DNA of 64,000 nucleotides from Gammaproteobacteria bacterium (GCA_016779485.1 JADHNN010000001.1:90931-154930), one strand, 5' to 3'. Counted from the stretch's first letter, positions 28,443 through 39,258 are shown. The notes: generated from the letters alone by a model not told the origin. Program-made: numbers and translations.

Positions 28443-29288
28443 ATGTATTCTCTCTGCTGCGATAATAGTATTTTCAATTAAAGCACATACTGTCATTGGA
28501 CCTACTCCTCCAGGGACAGGTGTTATCGCAGATGCTTTTTCTTTAGCTGAATCAAAGTCAACATCTCCACAAAGCTTGCCATCGATATTGTGAATACCTA
28601 CATCGATTACAACTGCGCCATCAGGAATCTGATCCCCTGATATAAACTTAGGCACACCAACTGCAACAATTATTACATCAGCATCAGAAAGTTTATGATT
28701 CAAATCTTTTGTTCTTGAATGACACATTGTTACAGTTGCATTCTCTGATTGGCATAATATAGAAACGGGTTTACCCACAATGTTAGATCTTCCAATTACA
28801 GTCACGTTCTTTCCGTTTAAGTCAGTTCCAGAAATTCTTAACATTTGCATGATTCCTTTTGGTGTGCAAGATACCAATGTATCCTCACCGAGGAATAACT
28901 TGCCTACGTTGTTTGGCGTAAAGCCATCAACATCTTTGCTCGGATGAATACTATTTAATACTTTAGCAACAGAAATATGATCAGGTAATGGTAGCTGTAC
29001 AATTACACCATGAATAAGTGGATCCTCATTAATCTTATCAATTTCTGTAAGAATATCTTGTTCGCTTATATTTGACTCAAACCTTCTAACTTCAGATTTA
29101 ATACCGGCTTTTTCAGCAAATTTTTCTTTTTGTTTTACATAACTAGCTGAGGCTTTCATGTCGCCTACTAATATTACTACTAGATTAGGAATAATATTTT
29201 TAGATTTTAGGACTTCTACTTTTTTAGAAAGTTCATTTTCAAGTATATGTTCTGCAGTCTCTCTTCCGCTTATGATTCTTGCTGTCAT
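28434..29288 (-). CDS. folD: Bifunctional methylene-THF dehydrogenase/cyclohydrolase
   Basis: VQLPLP, KDVDGF, CTP, GRSNIVGKP, TPVPGGVGPMT. Confidence 0.96.
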   Translation of the reverse strand: MTARIISGRETAEHILENELSKKVEVLKSKNIIPNLVVILVGDMKASASYVKQKEKFAEKAGIKSEVRRFESNISEQDILTEIDKINEDPLIHGVIVQLPLPDHISVAKVLNSIHPSKDVDGFTPNNVGKLFLGEDTLVSCTPKGIMQMLRISGTDLNGKNVTVIGRSNIVGKPVSILCQSENATVTMCHSRTKDLNHKLSDADVIIVAVGVPKFISGDQIPDGAVVIDVGIHNIDGKLCGDVDFDSAKEKASAITPVPGGVGPMTVCALIENTIIAAERIHSA

Positions 29289-29297
29289 TTTTTTCTC

Positions 29298-29909
29298 CTA
29301 TAAACTATTTCTTTCTCTTTCAACTAATAAATTAACAACGCTAAATAATTCATCATAACTCGAGACATATGAACCACTAGTCAAAAATTTTCCATTCACG
29401 ATAATCGTGGGTACTGAGTTAATTTGATATTTTCTTGCAAGATTACTAGATTTTTTTACTCTTGCTTCTGTACCAAAACTATTATACTTCTGTTTGAATT
29501 CTTCTGTGTCAATACCATGTTTACCTAAAAAGTCTACCATCTGTTGTTCGGTGTTTAAGCGATTATTTTCTATGTGAATTTCTTCAAATATCAAGTTGTG
29601 CACTTCATCAATTTTTCCCATTTGTTTTAAAGCATAGTAAAGTTTTGCGTGTGGCAACCAACTGTCCCTTAGTGCAATAGGAACTTTAACAATTTTTGTA
29701 TCCTTATTTAAGTCTGCCTCAATCCTATCCATTGTGGGTTCAAGGTTAAAACAATGAGGACAGCCATACCAAAAAAATTCATAAATAATAATATCGTTTG
29801 ATTCTTGTTGCTTTTCTGTGGAGATTTGAATGTACTTTTGAGCATATGCACCTGGTGCTATAAGAATAGTGAGAAATAACCCATAGATGAAATGCTTAAT
29901 TTTAAACAT
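29298..29909 (-). CDS. dsbA: Thiol:disulfide interchange protein DsbA
   Basis: EFFWYGCPHC, SVPTIIVNGK. Confidence 0.93.
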   Translation of the reverse strand: MFKIKHFIYGLFLTILIAPGAYAQKYIQISTEKQQESNDIIIYEFFWYGCPHCFNLEPTMDRIEADLNKDTKIVKVPIALRDSWLPHAKLYYALKQMGKIDEVHNLIFEEIHIENNRLNTEQQMVDFLGKHGIDTEEFKQKYNSFGTEARVKKSSNLARKYQINSVPTIIVNGKFLTSGSYVSSYDELFSVVNLLVERERNSL

Positions 29910-30523
29910 TAGTATAAGCCTTCAATATAGCTTGCTACAGCTTTCATTTCCTCATCAGTCATTCTGTGCACAATATTTCTCATCATCTTATTATAATCGT
30001 TTGATCTCATAGATGTTTGGAAATTTTTAAGTTGTTGATACGTGTACTGGGAATGTTGACCTGAGAGCATAGGTATGGCCGCAGCATAATTTCCCTGTCC
30101 ATTTGGACCGTGGCAACTTATACAAGCTTGCATTTTAATTTCCATATTACCGCCACGATAGATATTTCGACCTAACTCTAGGTATTCGTCTTTTGTTAAA
30201 CCTACTGTAGATTTCAAAGATGAATAATATTCAGAAAGGTCCTCTATGTCCTGATCAGATAAGTTTACTGCTATTCCATACATAACAGCATTATTTCTAT
30301 TACCATTAGGGCCTTTTTTAAATTCATGTAATTGAGAAGCTAGATATTTAGGGTTCTGACCAGCTAATTTAGGCCAAACCGAATTCAGTGAAATACCATC
30401 ATCACCATGGCACGCCGCGCATGAAGCAGATAACTCTTTTCCTTTCTCAATATCAGAATAAGCAGGGTTAATAAGGATAAGTGCTAGAAATATATAAGTG
30501 ATTAGTCCGCTATGAAATTTCAT
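29909..30523 (-). CDS. Diheme cytochrome c4
   Basis: CAACH and CISCH, WPKLAGQ, LSGQH; c4-dsbA synteny. Confidence 0.92.
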   Translation of the reverse strand: MKFHSGLITYIFLALILINPAYSDIEKGKELSASCAACHGDDGISLNSVWPKLAGQNPKYLASQLHEFKKGPNGNRNNAVMYGIAVNLSDQDIEDLSEYYSSLKSTVGLTKDEYLELGRNIYRGGNMEIKMQACISCHGPNGQGNYAAAIPMLSGQHSQYTYQQLKNFQTSMRSNDYNKMMRNIVHRMTDEEMKAVASYIEGLY

Positions 30524-30569
30524 TGGGCTAATTATAACGAAATATTAATATAGTGCAATCTATCTAGCT

Positions 30570-33254
30570 TTAGACATCTCTCCATGAGTTACCATGGAAT
30601 GTATTTACAATAAGGGGAACTTTTAAAGCTTCAGCATTTGTCATCAAGTTGATTATTTTTGGCCCAATAGTGGGGATGTCCGTCTCTTTAATTTCAAAAA
30701 TAAGCTCATCATGAACTTGCATAATCATAAAAATATTCGATATTTTTTCTTCATCAAGCCAATTTTTAATCCTAATCATTGCAAGTTTGAGAATATCAGC
30801 TGCTGTTCCCTGAATTGGAGCATTGATAGCTGTTCTCTCAGCACCGCTCCTAACTTGAAAATTAGAGTGAGAAATATTTGGGAGAAAGATTTTTCTACCA
30901 TACATAGTTTCTACATACTCGTGCTCTTTAGCCGTTTCTTTTAGCTCATCCATGTATTGTCTTACTCTTTTATATTTTGAAAAATATGTGTCAATAATAT
31001 TCTTGGCTTCTATATTATCAATTTTTAATTGTCGAGCTAAACCATAAGCGGATATTCCATAAATAAGACCAAAGTTAATTGCTTTTGCTGCTCTTCTCTC
31101 GTCTGGGGTAGGCTCTCCTTTTGTATTGAAAACTTTTTTAGCAGTCGAAGAGTGAATATCTTCTCCATTAACAAAGCTTTTAATCATTTCAGGGTCATCG
31201 GATAAATGAGCCATAATTCTAAGTTCAATTTGCGAATAATCAGCTGAAAATAACTTAAATCCATCCCTAGGTATAAAAGCTGTTCGTATTTTCTTACCAT
31301 CTTCGGTCCTTATTGGTATGTTCTGAAGGTTTGGAGAAGATGATGATAATCTACCAGTAATAGTAATAGTTTGGTTGTATGACGTATGAAGCCTATTCGA
31401 GATAATAGATACTTCTGTTCCAAGTTTATCTGTGTAAGTATTCTTTAATTTCAAAAGATTTCTAAAAGATAATATCAAACTTGGTAATTCATGGTCCTCT
31501 GCCAATTGAGTCATAACATCTTCATTGGTAGAAGGTTGGCCTTTTGGAGTTTTCTTAAGTACAGGAAGCTTTAGCTCATCATAAAATATCTCTTGAATCT
31601 GCTTAGGTGAACTAATATTAAACTCGCGTCCAGAGAGTTTATATATTTTTTTTTCAATTTTATTAATCCTTGTTGCTAAGTCTTTGGATTGCTTTTCGAG
31701 TTCATCATTATCTATTGATACTCCTAAATATTCCATATCGGCAATAATTTTCATTAATTTAATTTCAATGTTCTTATAAACTTCATATAAGTGTTTATCT
31801 TTTTTAAGTTTATCTTCCAGTATTTCAAACAATAGAAAAGTAAGATCTGAATCTTCGCATGCATATTCTTTAGCTTTGTCTAGGTCTATATCTGCAAATG
31901 ATATTTGATCTTTTCCTTTTCCGACTACATCCTCATAAGAAATTACTGCATGATCAAGAAATACTGATGATAAAGTTCCTAGGTCATGTTTTCCAGATGA
32001 ATTAATAACGTACGACATCAGCATGGTATCTTCTACAGAACTAAGTACCTCAATAGAATATTTTTTCATAACATTTATGTCATATTTTAAATTCTGACCG
32101 ATTACAGTAATATTTTTATCCTTAAATAATTCTTGTAAGATTAAAATAATTTCATCAAAAGGTAGATTGCTTTGAGGTGTACAATTGTGCCTTAATGGAA
32201 AATAAAATCCATGATCATGCTTATAAGAGATACTAAAACCTACTAGCTCTGCTTCATTAAAATCTAATGATGTTGTTTCAGTATCAAATGCAAATAGTTT
32301 TATTTTTTTACATTCATTAATAATCTTTTTGGCCTGACCTATAGAGCCAACTAATTGGTAGTTTTTTTTAACTTTCTTTTTAATAGCTTTTATCTTTAAT
32401 TGATTAGATAATGATTTGAGTTCGTATTTAGTAATTATTTTCTCTAATGATGCTTTATCTTGCTTATCGATTAATAATTGACTCTCTTCTAAGTTTAACG
32501 GGAGATCAGATTTTAGAGCTACTAGCTTCTTTGCTAGCTCGACTGTTTCTATAGAATTTTCAATATTTTCTTTTAGCTTGCCCTTTAGTTGACTAGAATT
32601 TTGAAAAACACCAGCAAGATTTTTGTATTTTGTTAATAGGGTTGCGGCAGTTTTAGGGCCCACTTTTGGGACTCCAGGTATATTGTCTGATGTGTCGCCT
32701 ACTAAACATAGATAATCAAATATCTGTTCAGGTCTTACTCCGAATTTTTCAATAACACCCTTAGTATCTAAAATTTTTGAATCAAAATTATTCATTAAAA
32801 CTACATCCTTTGAAACAAGTTGTGCTAGATCTTTATCTCCAGATGAAATCACTGTTTGTGTATTTTTTATTTTGATTTGTTTTACAGCAGAAGCAATCAC
32901 GTCATCTGCCTCAACATCCTTCTCTTGCAGAACTGTAATTCCATATGCTTTTACTAAATCTATGATAGGTCCCGTTTGTTCAGATAATTCACTTGGCATT
33001 GCATTTCTATTTGCTTTGTATAAATCATATATTGCGTGTCTAAAGTTCTTTCCTTTTGCATCAAATACCATTAATAAATACTTTGGATCATACTCACTTA
33101 TTATACGATTGAGCATGTTTGCAAAACCATGGATAGCTCCAGAATGAAGCCCTGAGCTAGTTTTAAGGTTGGGCAATGCATAGTAAGCTCTGTATAAATA
33201 AGAAGAGCCATCAATAATAATAAAATTATCTTTACTTTTTGCTTGGAAAACCAT
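30570..33254 (-). CDS. polA: DNA polymerase I
   Basis: IDGSSYLYRAY, FDTET, PNLQNIP, ADYSQIELR, KAINFGLIYG, QVHDEL. Confidence 0.97.
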   Translation of the reverse strand: MVFQAKSKDNFIIIDGSSYLYRAYYALPNLKTSSGLHSGAIHGFANMLNRIISEYDPKYLLMVFDAKGKNFRHAIYDLYKANRNAMPSELSEQTGPIIDLVKAYGITVLQEKDVEADDVIASAVKQIKIKNTQTVISSGDKDLAQLVSKDVVLMNNFDSKILDTKGVIEKFGVRPEQIFDYLCLVGDTSDNIPGVPKVGPKTAATLLTKYKNLAGVFQNSSQLKGKLKENIENSIETVELAKKLVALKSDLPLNLEESQLLIDKQDKASLEKIITKYELKSLSNQLKIKAIKKKVKKNYQLVGSIGQAKKIINECKKIKLFAFDTETTSLDFNEAELVGFSISYKHDHGFYFPLRHNCTPQSNLPFDEIILILQELFKDKNITVIGQNLKYDINVMKKYSIEVLSSVEDTMLMSYVINSSGKHDLGTLSSVFLDHAVISYEDVVGKGKDQISFADIDLDKAKEYACEDSDLTFLLFEILEDKLKKDKHLYEVYKNIEIKLMKIIADMEYLGVSIDNDELEKQSKDLATRINKIEKKIYKLSGREFNISSPKQIQEIFYDELKLPVLKKTPKGQPSTNEDVMTQLAEDHELPSLILSFRNLLKLKNTYTDKLGTEVSIISNRLHTSYNQTITITGRLSSSSPNLQNIPIRTEDGKKIRTAFIPRDGFKLFSADYSQIELRIMAHLSDDPEMIKSFVNGEDIHSSTAKKVFNTKGEPTPDERRAAKAINFGLIYGISAYGLARQLKIDNIEAKNIIDTYFSKYKRVRQYMDELKETAKEHEYVETMYGRKIFLPNISHSNFQVRSGAERTAINAPIQGTAADILKLAMIRIKNWLDEEKISNIFMIMQVHDELIFEIKETDIPTIGPKIINLMTNAEALKVPLIVNTFHGNSWRDV

Positions 33255-33302
33255 TTGAATTTAGATATCGTTTGTTGATTAAAAGTTATATATCATAATT
33301 AC

Positions 33303-34229
33303 ATGTCTGTATACACAAATCTTACTGCTAAAGATGCTTCAAAACTACTGTCACAATATGATATTGGTTCGTTAGTATCTTATAAGGGCATTTCTGATGG
33401 AATAACTAATACAAATTATTTTTTAGTTACATCCAAAGGAAAATATGTCATAACAATTTTCGAGGACATGACTAAGGCAAAAGCTAAAAAATATCTAAAA
33501 TTAATGAATTACTTTTCAAAGCATGGTCTATGCTCCCCAGAAATAATGCTTACAAAAAAAGATGAAGTCATTTGTACGTTCAAATTAAAACCTTGTTCAA
33601 TTATGGAAAGATTGGCAGGTAAAACCATCACTGAAACAAATATATCTCTATGTAAATCAGTTGGTAAAATTGTAGGTAGCTTTCATCTTTCTAGTAAAAA
33701 TTATAAAAATAAAATTATAAATAGTAGAGATATTAAATGGGTTAATGAAAATATGAAAAAAATTAAAGCTCATATATCTAAGGATCAGTATAAGCTTCTG
33801 AGTCAATCAAGAAAAATATTTAGGAAGATATTTGAAATGGACTTTCCTAAAGGGATAATTCACTCAGATTTATTCAGGGACAATGTTTTAGAAAAAAGTA
33901 ATAAAGTTACAGGAATTATAGATTATTACTACTCATTCCATGGCCCATTTATATATGAGCTAGGAGTAATTATAAATGACTGGTGTAGCAATAAAGACGG
34001 ATCGATTAATATTAGAAAATATAATAGCTTCATTAATAGCTATAACAGTGTACGTCCTCTTACACCTAAAGAAAGAAAATATATTAATAGCGCTATGGTA
34101 GCAGCAGGCCTCAGATTTTACTTATCTAGATTAGTAGATATGGCTTTTCCGAAAGTAGGTGAAATTACTCACATAAAAGATCCAAAAACTTTTGAAAGAA
34201 TAATTAAAAGCAGGATTGCTTGTCTATGA
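33303..34229 (+). CDS. thrB: Homoserine kinase type II
   Basis: MSVYT, GITNTNYF, IHSDLFRDNVL, RFYLSRL, KDP. Confidence 0.92.
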   Translation: MSVYTNLTAKDASKLLSQYDIGSLVSYKGISDGITNTNYFLVTSKGKYVITIFEDMTKAKAKKYLKLMNYFSKHGLCSPEIMLTKKDEVICTFKLKPCSIMERLAGKTITETNISLCKSVGKIVGSFHLSSKNYKNKIINSRDIKWVNENMKKIKAHISKDQYKLLSQSRKIFRKIFEMDFPKGIIHSDLFRDNVLEKSNKVTGIIDYYYSFHGPFIYELGVIINDWCSNKDGSINIRKYNSFINSYNSVRPLTPKERKYINSAMVAAGLRFYLSRLVDMAFPKVGEITHIKDPKTFERIIKSRIACL

Positions 34230-34690
34230 AATATACACAGAAAGTCAATAATTACACAAAATATTTTACAGTGAACTTCTTTTATTTAATGTTTGTAGTT
34301 GTATTAATAAATATCGTACTTAGATATTTATTTAACATTAACTATATATTCCTTCAAGAGTTAGTAATGTACATGCATGCTTTCATTTTTCTTTTTGGAG
34401 TCTCATTATGTATGAATGATGATGCGCATGTCAGAATTGATATTATCTCTAGCAAGTTGGACCAAGGTTATAGAAAACTGATTGATAAAATTGGTCTATA
34501 TACATTAGTTGTACCTTTCTGTTTATTTGTTTTTTATGAAAGTACAGAAATGATTACAAGATCATGGGTTATGTTAGAGGGTTCCAGTGAACCAGGCGGA
34601 TTGCCAATTGTATTTCTATTGAAGTCTTCAATATATATATTCTCTTTCTTGATATTTGTTCAGGCTATAGAGAAATTAAAAAATAAATAA
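34220..34690 (+). CDS. TRAP transporter small permease (DctQ family)
   Basis: QELVMYMH, HVRID, EGSSEPGGLP; 4 TM. Confidence 0.88.
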   Translation: MSMKYTQKVNNYTKYFTVNFFYLMFVVVLINIVLRYLFNINYIFLQELVMYMHAFIFLFGVSLCMNDDAHVRIDIISSKLDQGYRKLIDKIGLYTLVVPFCLFVFYESTEMITRSWVMLEGSSEPGGLPIVFLLKSSIYIFSFLIFVQAIEKLKNK

Positions 34691-34694
34691 TAAG

Positions 34695-36032
34695 ATGGAT
34701 ATAGTAATAATTTTTCTATTTTTAACATTCTTCCTGCTGCTAAGCGGCTTCCCCGTAGCTTTCATATTAGCTGGAGTATCACTTATTTTTGGATTGATTG
34801 GAGTATTATTCGAATTTTTTGATTATGCGTACTTAATGGCATTTCCTAATAGATTATTTGGTGTAATGGGAAATCAAAATCTTCTTGCAGTACCTCTATT
34901 TATATTTATGGGACTAATATTAGAAAAAACAAAAATTGCAGAAAATCTCATTAAAGATATGAATGCGCTATTTAGAAATGCTAATAGCGGTCTTGCAATT
35001 TCTGTAGTCGTAGTTGGAGCACTAATGGCAGCTAGTACCGGTATTGTTGGGGCTAGTGTTGTGACACTAGGATTATTAACTTACCCTGTGTTAGTTAAAA
35101 ATGGATATTCTACCAGTGTAGCTACAGGGACAATATGTGCTGCCGGAACACTTGGCCAAATTATTCCACCATCTTTAGTATTGATTCTCCTTGCAGATGT
35201 TTTGTCATCATCATACCAACAAGCACAATTAAATATGGGAATTTTTAGCCCTGAAAGTATAACAATAGCAGATTTATTTTTAGGAGCTCTCGTACCAGGT
35301 TTGATACTTCCCATTTTATATATCATATATTTAAAAATGTTACGTATAAAAACTAAAGTTGTATCGCCTACAGAGGCAGCAAATATTTCATCTGTTGTAT
35401 ATCCGCTTGGACTTATGTTTATAGTCTTAGGGTCTATCATATTTGGTATAGCTACACCCTCTGAAGCTGCCGGTATTGGAGCTTTAGGAGCAATTCTGTT
35501 AGCTCTTTTTCAAAAAAATCTATCAAAAAATATTCTCGATAAATGTGTTTATGAATCTATTAAATTAACAAGTATGGTCTTTATGATATTGATTGGCGCA
35601 ATGTTATTTTCTCTCGTATTTAGAGGCTTAGAAGGCGAAGAGTTTATTCATAAATTTTTAATAGAACTGCCAAATAATAAGTTAATGACTCTAGCAATTG
35701 TTCTTTTAATAATGTTTCTATTAGGATTTATTTTAGATTTTATAGAAATTATTTTTATTGTAATTCCATTAATAGGTCCCGCACTATTTACACTTGGCTT
35801 TGATCCACTATGGGTAGGGATATTAATTGCTTTAGTATTACAAACCTCATTCATAACACCGCCGTTTGGATTTTCTTTATTTTACTTAAGAGGTGTGTTA
35901 CCAAAAAATGTAGAGACAATCGAAATATATAAAGGAATAATACCTTTTTTGTTAATACAGGTTTTGTTGGTTGTTGCAGTATTCATGTTGCCAGCTCTTG
36001 CAACAAACCTCCCCCATATGCTACTTAAGTGA
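34695..36032 (+). CDS. TRAP transporter large permease (DctM family)
   Basis: LLAVPLFIFMG, GTLGQIIPPS, ATPSEAA, TPPFGFSLFYL. Confidence 0.93.
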   Translation: MDIVIIFLFLTFFLLLSGFPVAFILAGVSLIFGLIGVLFEFFDYAYLMAFPNRLFGVMGNQNLLAVPLFIFMGLILEKTKIAENLIKDMNALFRNANSGLAISVVVVGALMAASTGIVGASVVTLGLLTYPVLVKNGYSTSVATGTICAAGTLGQIIPPSLVLILLADVLSSSYQQAQLNMGIFSPESITIADLFLGALVPGLILPILYIIYLKMLRIKTKVVSPTEAANISSVVYPLGLMFIVLGSIIFGIATPSEAAGIGALGAILLALFQKNLSKNILDKCVYESIKLTSMVFMILIGAMLFSLVFRGLEGEEFIHKFLIELPNNKLMTLAIVLLIMFLLGFILDFIEIIFIVIPLIGPALFTLGFDPLWVGILIALVLQTSFITPPFGFSLFYLRGVLPKNVETIEIYKGIIPFLLIQVLLVVAVFMLPALATNLPHMLLK

Positions 36033-37103
36033 ACTAAGATATCCGTCCTCGGATATAAGAGTCCAAGGTCTTACTCTTTTAAGAAAGTTTGTATAAGAGT
36101 CATAAACTTTTTTTGATATTTTATTTTCATAGCTTAAATCAAGCAAGACTTCATCGCTAATTTTATTAAGCTTGACTAGTACTTCTCTTGGAAATTGTCT
36201 CATTGAAACTTTCTCTTTTTCAAAATACTCAAGAGCTTGATAATTTTTAGCCATATAATCTGATAGCATATCGATATTTGCAGCTTTACATGCAATATCA
36301 ATTATTTTTTGAAGTTGTTTTGATAACTTATTATATGCCTGTCTATTAATAATACATTCAAGAGTGGGTCCGGGTTCATGCCAACCAGGGTAATAATAAT
36401 ATTGTGCTGCTTTGTGTAAACCAAATGCTCGATCATTATAGGGCCCAACCCATTCAGTAGCATCTATCACCCCGGTCTGAAGTGATGTAAATATTTCTGA
36501 ACCAGCAAGTGTAAATGGCGTGCCGCCAGCTCTTGCTAAAACTTCTCCTCCTAATCCTGGTATGCGCATTTTTAAACCATTCAAATCATCAGTCGAATTA
36601 ATTTCTTTGTTAAACCATCCTCCCATCTGGACACCAGTGTTACCAGCAGGTCGTGGTATTAAATCAAAATATTTATAAACTTCTTCCCAGAGTTTTAAGC
36701 CCCCTCCATAATATAACCATGAATTCATTTCTTGTGCTGTCATACCAAAAGGAACAGATGAGAAAAACTGTGCAGCTTCAGTTTTTCCTTTCCAATAATA
36801 TGCTCCGGAGTGCCCCATTTGTGCTCCTCCAGACGAGACATAATCAAAGACACCTAGTGGGGGTACTAATTCTCCGGCACCAAATACTTTTACAGTCAAG
36901 CTGCCTCCTGATAGCTGATTGATGTAATTAGCAAGTGTCTCGGCGCCTGCACCAAGTCCAGGAAAGTTTTTAGGCCATGATGTAACCATTTTCCATTTTA
37001 CTTTTTTACTTGCAGATACTTGTCTGGGATATAATCCGCCAATAATAGATGTTGCTGTAGCTAGTCCGATTGTCTTAAAAAATTTTCGCCTATTGTTTTT
37101 CAT
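36021..37103 (-). CDS. TRAP substrate-binding protein (TakP-like, Tat signal)
   Basis: RRKFF Tat motif, WKMVTSWP, GLKMRIPGLGG, DATEWVGPYND, YPGWHEPG. Confidence 0.9.
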   Translation of the reverse strand: MKNNRRKFFKTIGLATATSIIGGLYPRQVSASKKVKWKMVTSWPKNFPGLGAGAETLANYINQLSGGSLTVKVFGAGELVPPLGVFDYVSSGGAQMGHSGAYYWKGKTEAAQFFSSVPFGMTAQEMNSWLYYGGGLKLWEEVYKYFDLIPRPAGNTGVQMGGWFNKEINSTDDLNGLKMRIPGLGGEVLARAGGTPFTLAGSEIFTSLQTGVIDATEWVGPYNDRAFGLHKAAQYYYYPGWHEPGPTLECIINRQAYNKLSKQLQKIIDIACKAANIDMLSDYMAKNYQALEYFEKEKVSMRQFPREVLVKLNKISDEVLLDLSYENKISKKVYDSYTNFLKRVRPWTLISEDGYLSSLK

Positions 37104-37104
37104 G

Positions 37105-39258
37105 TTATAAAAATTCTAGATGTGCATATGTAAGTACTAACCATTTCGATCCATAGTCTTCAAAATTAATATATAGTTTTAAATTATCATCTTCGCCTTC
37201 ATAGCTCAATACAACACCATTGCCAAATTTTTGATGTTTAACTCTTTGTCCAATTTTAAAACCTACATTGTTATGTGTATTACTTTTACTTGTTGGATAT
37301 TTTTTTTTAATTTGCTGATGACTATCTGATTTTATATTGTCTAATAATTCGGAAGGAATTTCATTAATGAATCTTGATGGCATTAAATAATTATATGAAC
37401 CATGAAGATATCTTGCGTTAGCATGGGTTATATAAAGCAACTTCATTGCCCTTGTGATAGCTACATAACATAGCCTTCTTTCTTCCTCCAAAAAGTCATT
37501 ACCACTTTTTCTATTTTCATTAGGAAATATACCTTCTTCCAAACCAGTTAAAAATACTACCGGGAATTCAAGTCCTTTTGCAGAGTGGATAGTCATTAAT
37601 TGGATTGGATCTTCATCTAGTTTAGCTTGATAATCTCCAGCCTCTAAAGCTGCATTGTCCAGAAACTCGTCTACAATATTATCACTATCAATATTGTTTC
37701 TTATGAAGTTTTCTGCAGTCACAAAAAGTTCTTCTATATTCTCTTGTTTAGAAATAGCTTCTTCACCCTTTTGTTCTGAGAAATATAGCTTCAACTTCGA
37801 ATCACTGTATATTCTCTTAAGAATTTCATCTAATGATAAGTCATTAATGTCTATAGCAATATCTTCTATAATTTTTATATAAGTAGAAAGAGATGATTTA
37901 ACTCTTGCTGTAATATCTTTATATTCTTGTTGTTCAAAATTTTTGATTGTCCTCCACAAAGATAAACCTTTTTGCTTAGCGATAGTTCTTATGATATCGA
38001 TAGTCTTCTGACCTATACCTCTTGGAGGATTGTTGATAGTTCTCTCAAAAGCAGCATCATCATCAGGGTTAACAATTATTCTCAGATAAGCAATCATATC
38101 TTTTATCTCGGCTCTTTCAAAAAAACGAAAGCCTCCATAAATCACATAGGGAATACCTCGGCCATTTAATTCTTCTTCTAGTCTTCTTGACAAGAAGTTA
38201 TTTCTATACAAGATTGCAATCTCTGATTTCTTATAGCCGTCTCTTTCAAGCATTTTTATTTTATCAACAATAAATGATGACTCTTCATCATTATTGTAAG
38301 CTTCAAATATTTTTACCTGATCTCCTCTGCTAGTGTTTGTCCATAACTCTTTACCAAGTCTATTTTTATTATGGGTGATCAAACTATTAGCAACTTTAAG
38401 AATCTTATCAGTAGATCTATAGTTTTGTTCTAGCTTAAAAATTTCAACATTGGCAAATTGGTCTGTGAAGTTTTTTATATTTTTACTTAAAGCTCCTCTC
38501 CAACCATATATTGATTGATCATCGTCTCCCACAGCATACATAGACCCTGTGTCACTATTAAGGAGTCTCAGTAATTTAAATTGCAATAAATTAGTATCTT
38601 GAAACTCATCTACCATTATATGTTTAAACCTTTTAACATAATATGACAGTATGTTTTTGTGTTTTGATAAAAGTTCATATGTTTTTAAAATAAGATCAGC
38701 AAAATCAACTGAAAGTGTTTGTTTTAAAATGGACTCATACTCTTTATAGACAAGAACATATATTTCATCATCTTTTTCATTTACTTTATTACTCCTAATG
38801 CCATTATCTTTTTTCCGGTTTATAAATGATTGAATAGATTTAGCATCATATAGTTTTTCATCAAGGTTATCAGATTTAATAATTCTTTTAACAAGTCTTA
38901 ATTGATCTTGAGAATCTAGTATCGTAAATCTTTCAGATAGTTCTGCCTCTCTCCAATGTATTTTCAATATTCTTCTACAAATTCCATGGAATGTTCCAAA
39001 CCATAAACCTTGTGATGATATTTTAAGAAGAGATTCAATTCTCTCTTTCATTTCTCTAGATGCCTTATTTGTAAATGTGAGAGCAAGAATATCAGATGGC
39101 CGTACATTAAAATCTTTAATAAGTTTTGCAACTCTATAGGTAAGTACTCTTGTTTTGCCACTGCCTGCACCAGCAAGAACAAGCTTATTACCTTCATTAC
39201 AGTTAACAGCAGTAAGCTGTTGTTTGTTTAATGATTCGCTAAAATCTATTTCATTCAT
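37105..39258 (-). CDS. uvrD: DNA helicase II
   Basis: LAGAGSGKT, VDEFQDTN, GDDDQSIYGWRGA, TIHSAKGLEF, EERRLCYVAITRA, C-terminal domain (VKHQKFGNG). Confidence 0.95.
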   Translation of the reverse strand: MNEIDFSESLNKQQLTAVNCNEGNKLVLAGAGSGKTRVLTYRVAKLIKDFNVRPSDILALTFTNKASREMKERIESLLKISSQGLWFGTFHGICRRILKIHWREAELSERFTILDSQDQLRLVKRIIKSDNLDEKLYDAKSIQSFINRKKDNGIRSNKVNEKDDEIYVLVYKEYESILKQTLSVDFADLILKTYELLSKHKNILSYYVKRFKHIMVDEFQDTNLLQFKLLRLLNSDTGSMYAVGDDDQSIYGWRGALSKNIKNFTDQFANVEIFKLEQNYRSTDKILKVANSLITHNKNRLGKELWTNTSRGDQVKIFEAYNNDEESSFIVDKIKMLERDGYKKSEIAILYRNNFLSRRLEEELNGRGIPYVIYGGFRFFERAEIKDMIAYLRIIVNPDDDAAFERTINNPPRGIGQKTIDIIRTIAKQKGLSLWRTIKNFEQQEYKDITARVKSSLSTYIKIIEDIAIDINDLSLDEILKRIYSDSKLKLYFSEQKGEEAISKQENIEELFVTAENFIRNNIDSDNIVDEFLDNAALEAGDYQAKLDEDPIQLMTIHSAKGLEFPVVFLTGLEEGIFPNENRKSGNDFLEEERRLCYVAITRAMKLLYITHANARYLHGSYNYLMPSRFINEIPSELLDNIKSDSHQQIKKKYPTSKSNTHNNVGFKIGQRVKHQKFGNGVVLSYEGEDDNLKLYINFEDYGSKWLVLTYAHLEFL

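Noticed and set aside
28384-28593. 69-aa ORF (also 11235-11423 and the N-terminal extension of the TPR gene to 11341)
   Set aside because: These are translations through tRNA genes or antisense to real CDS.
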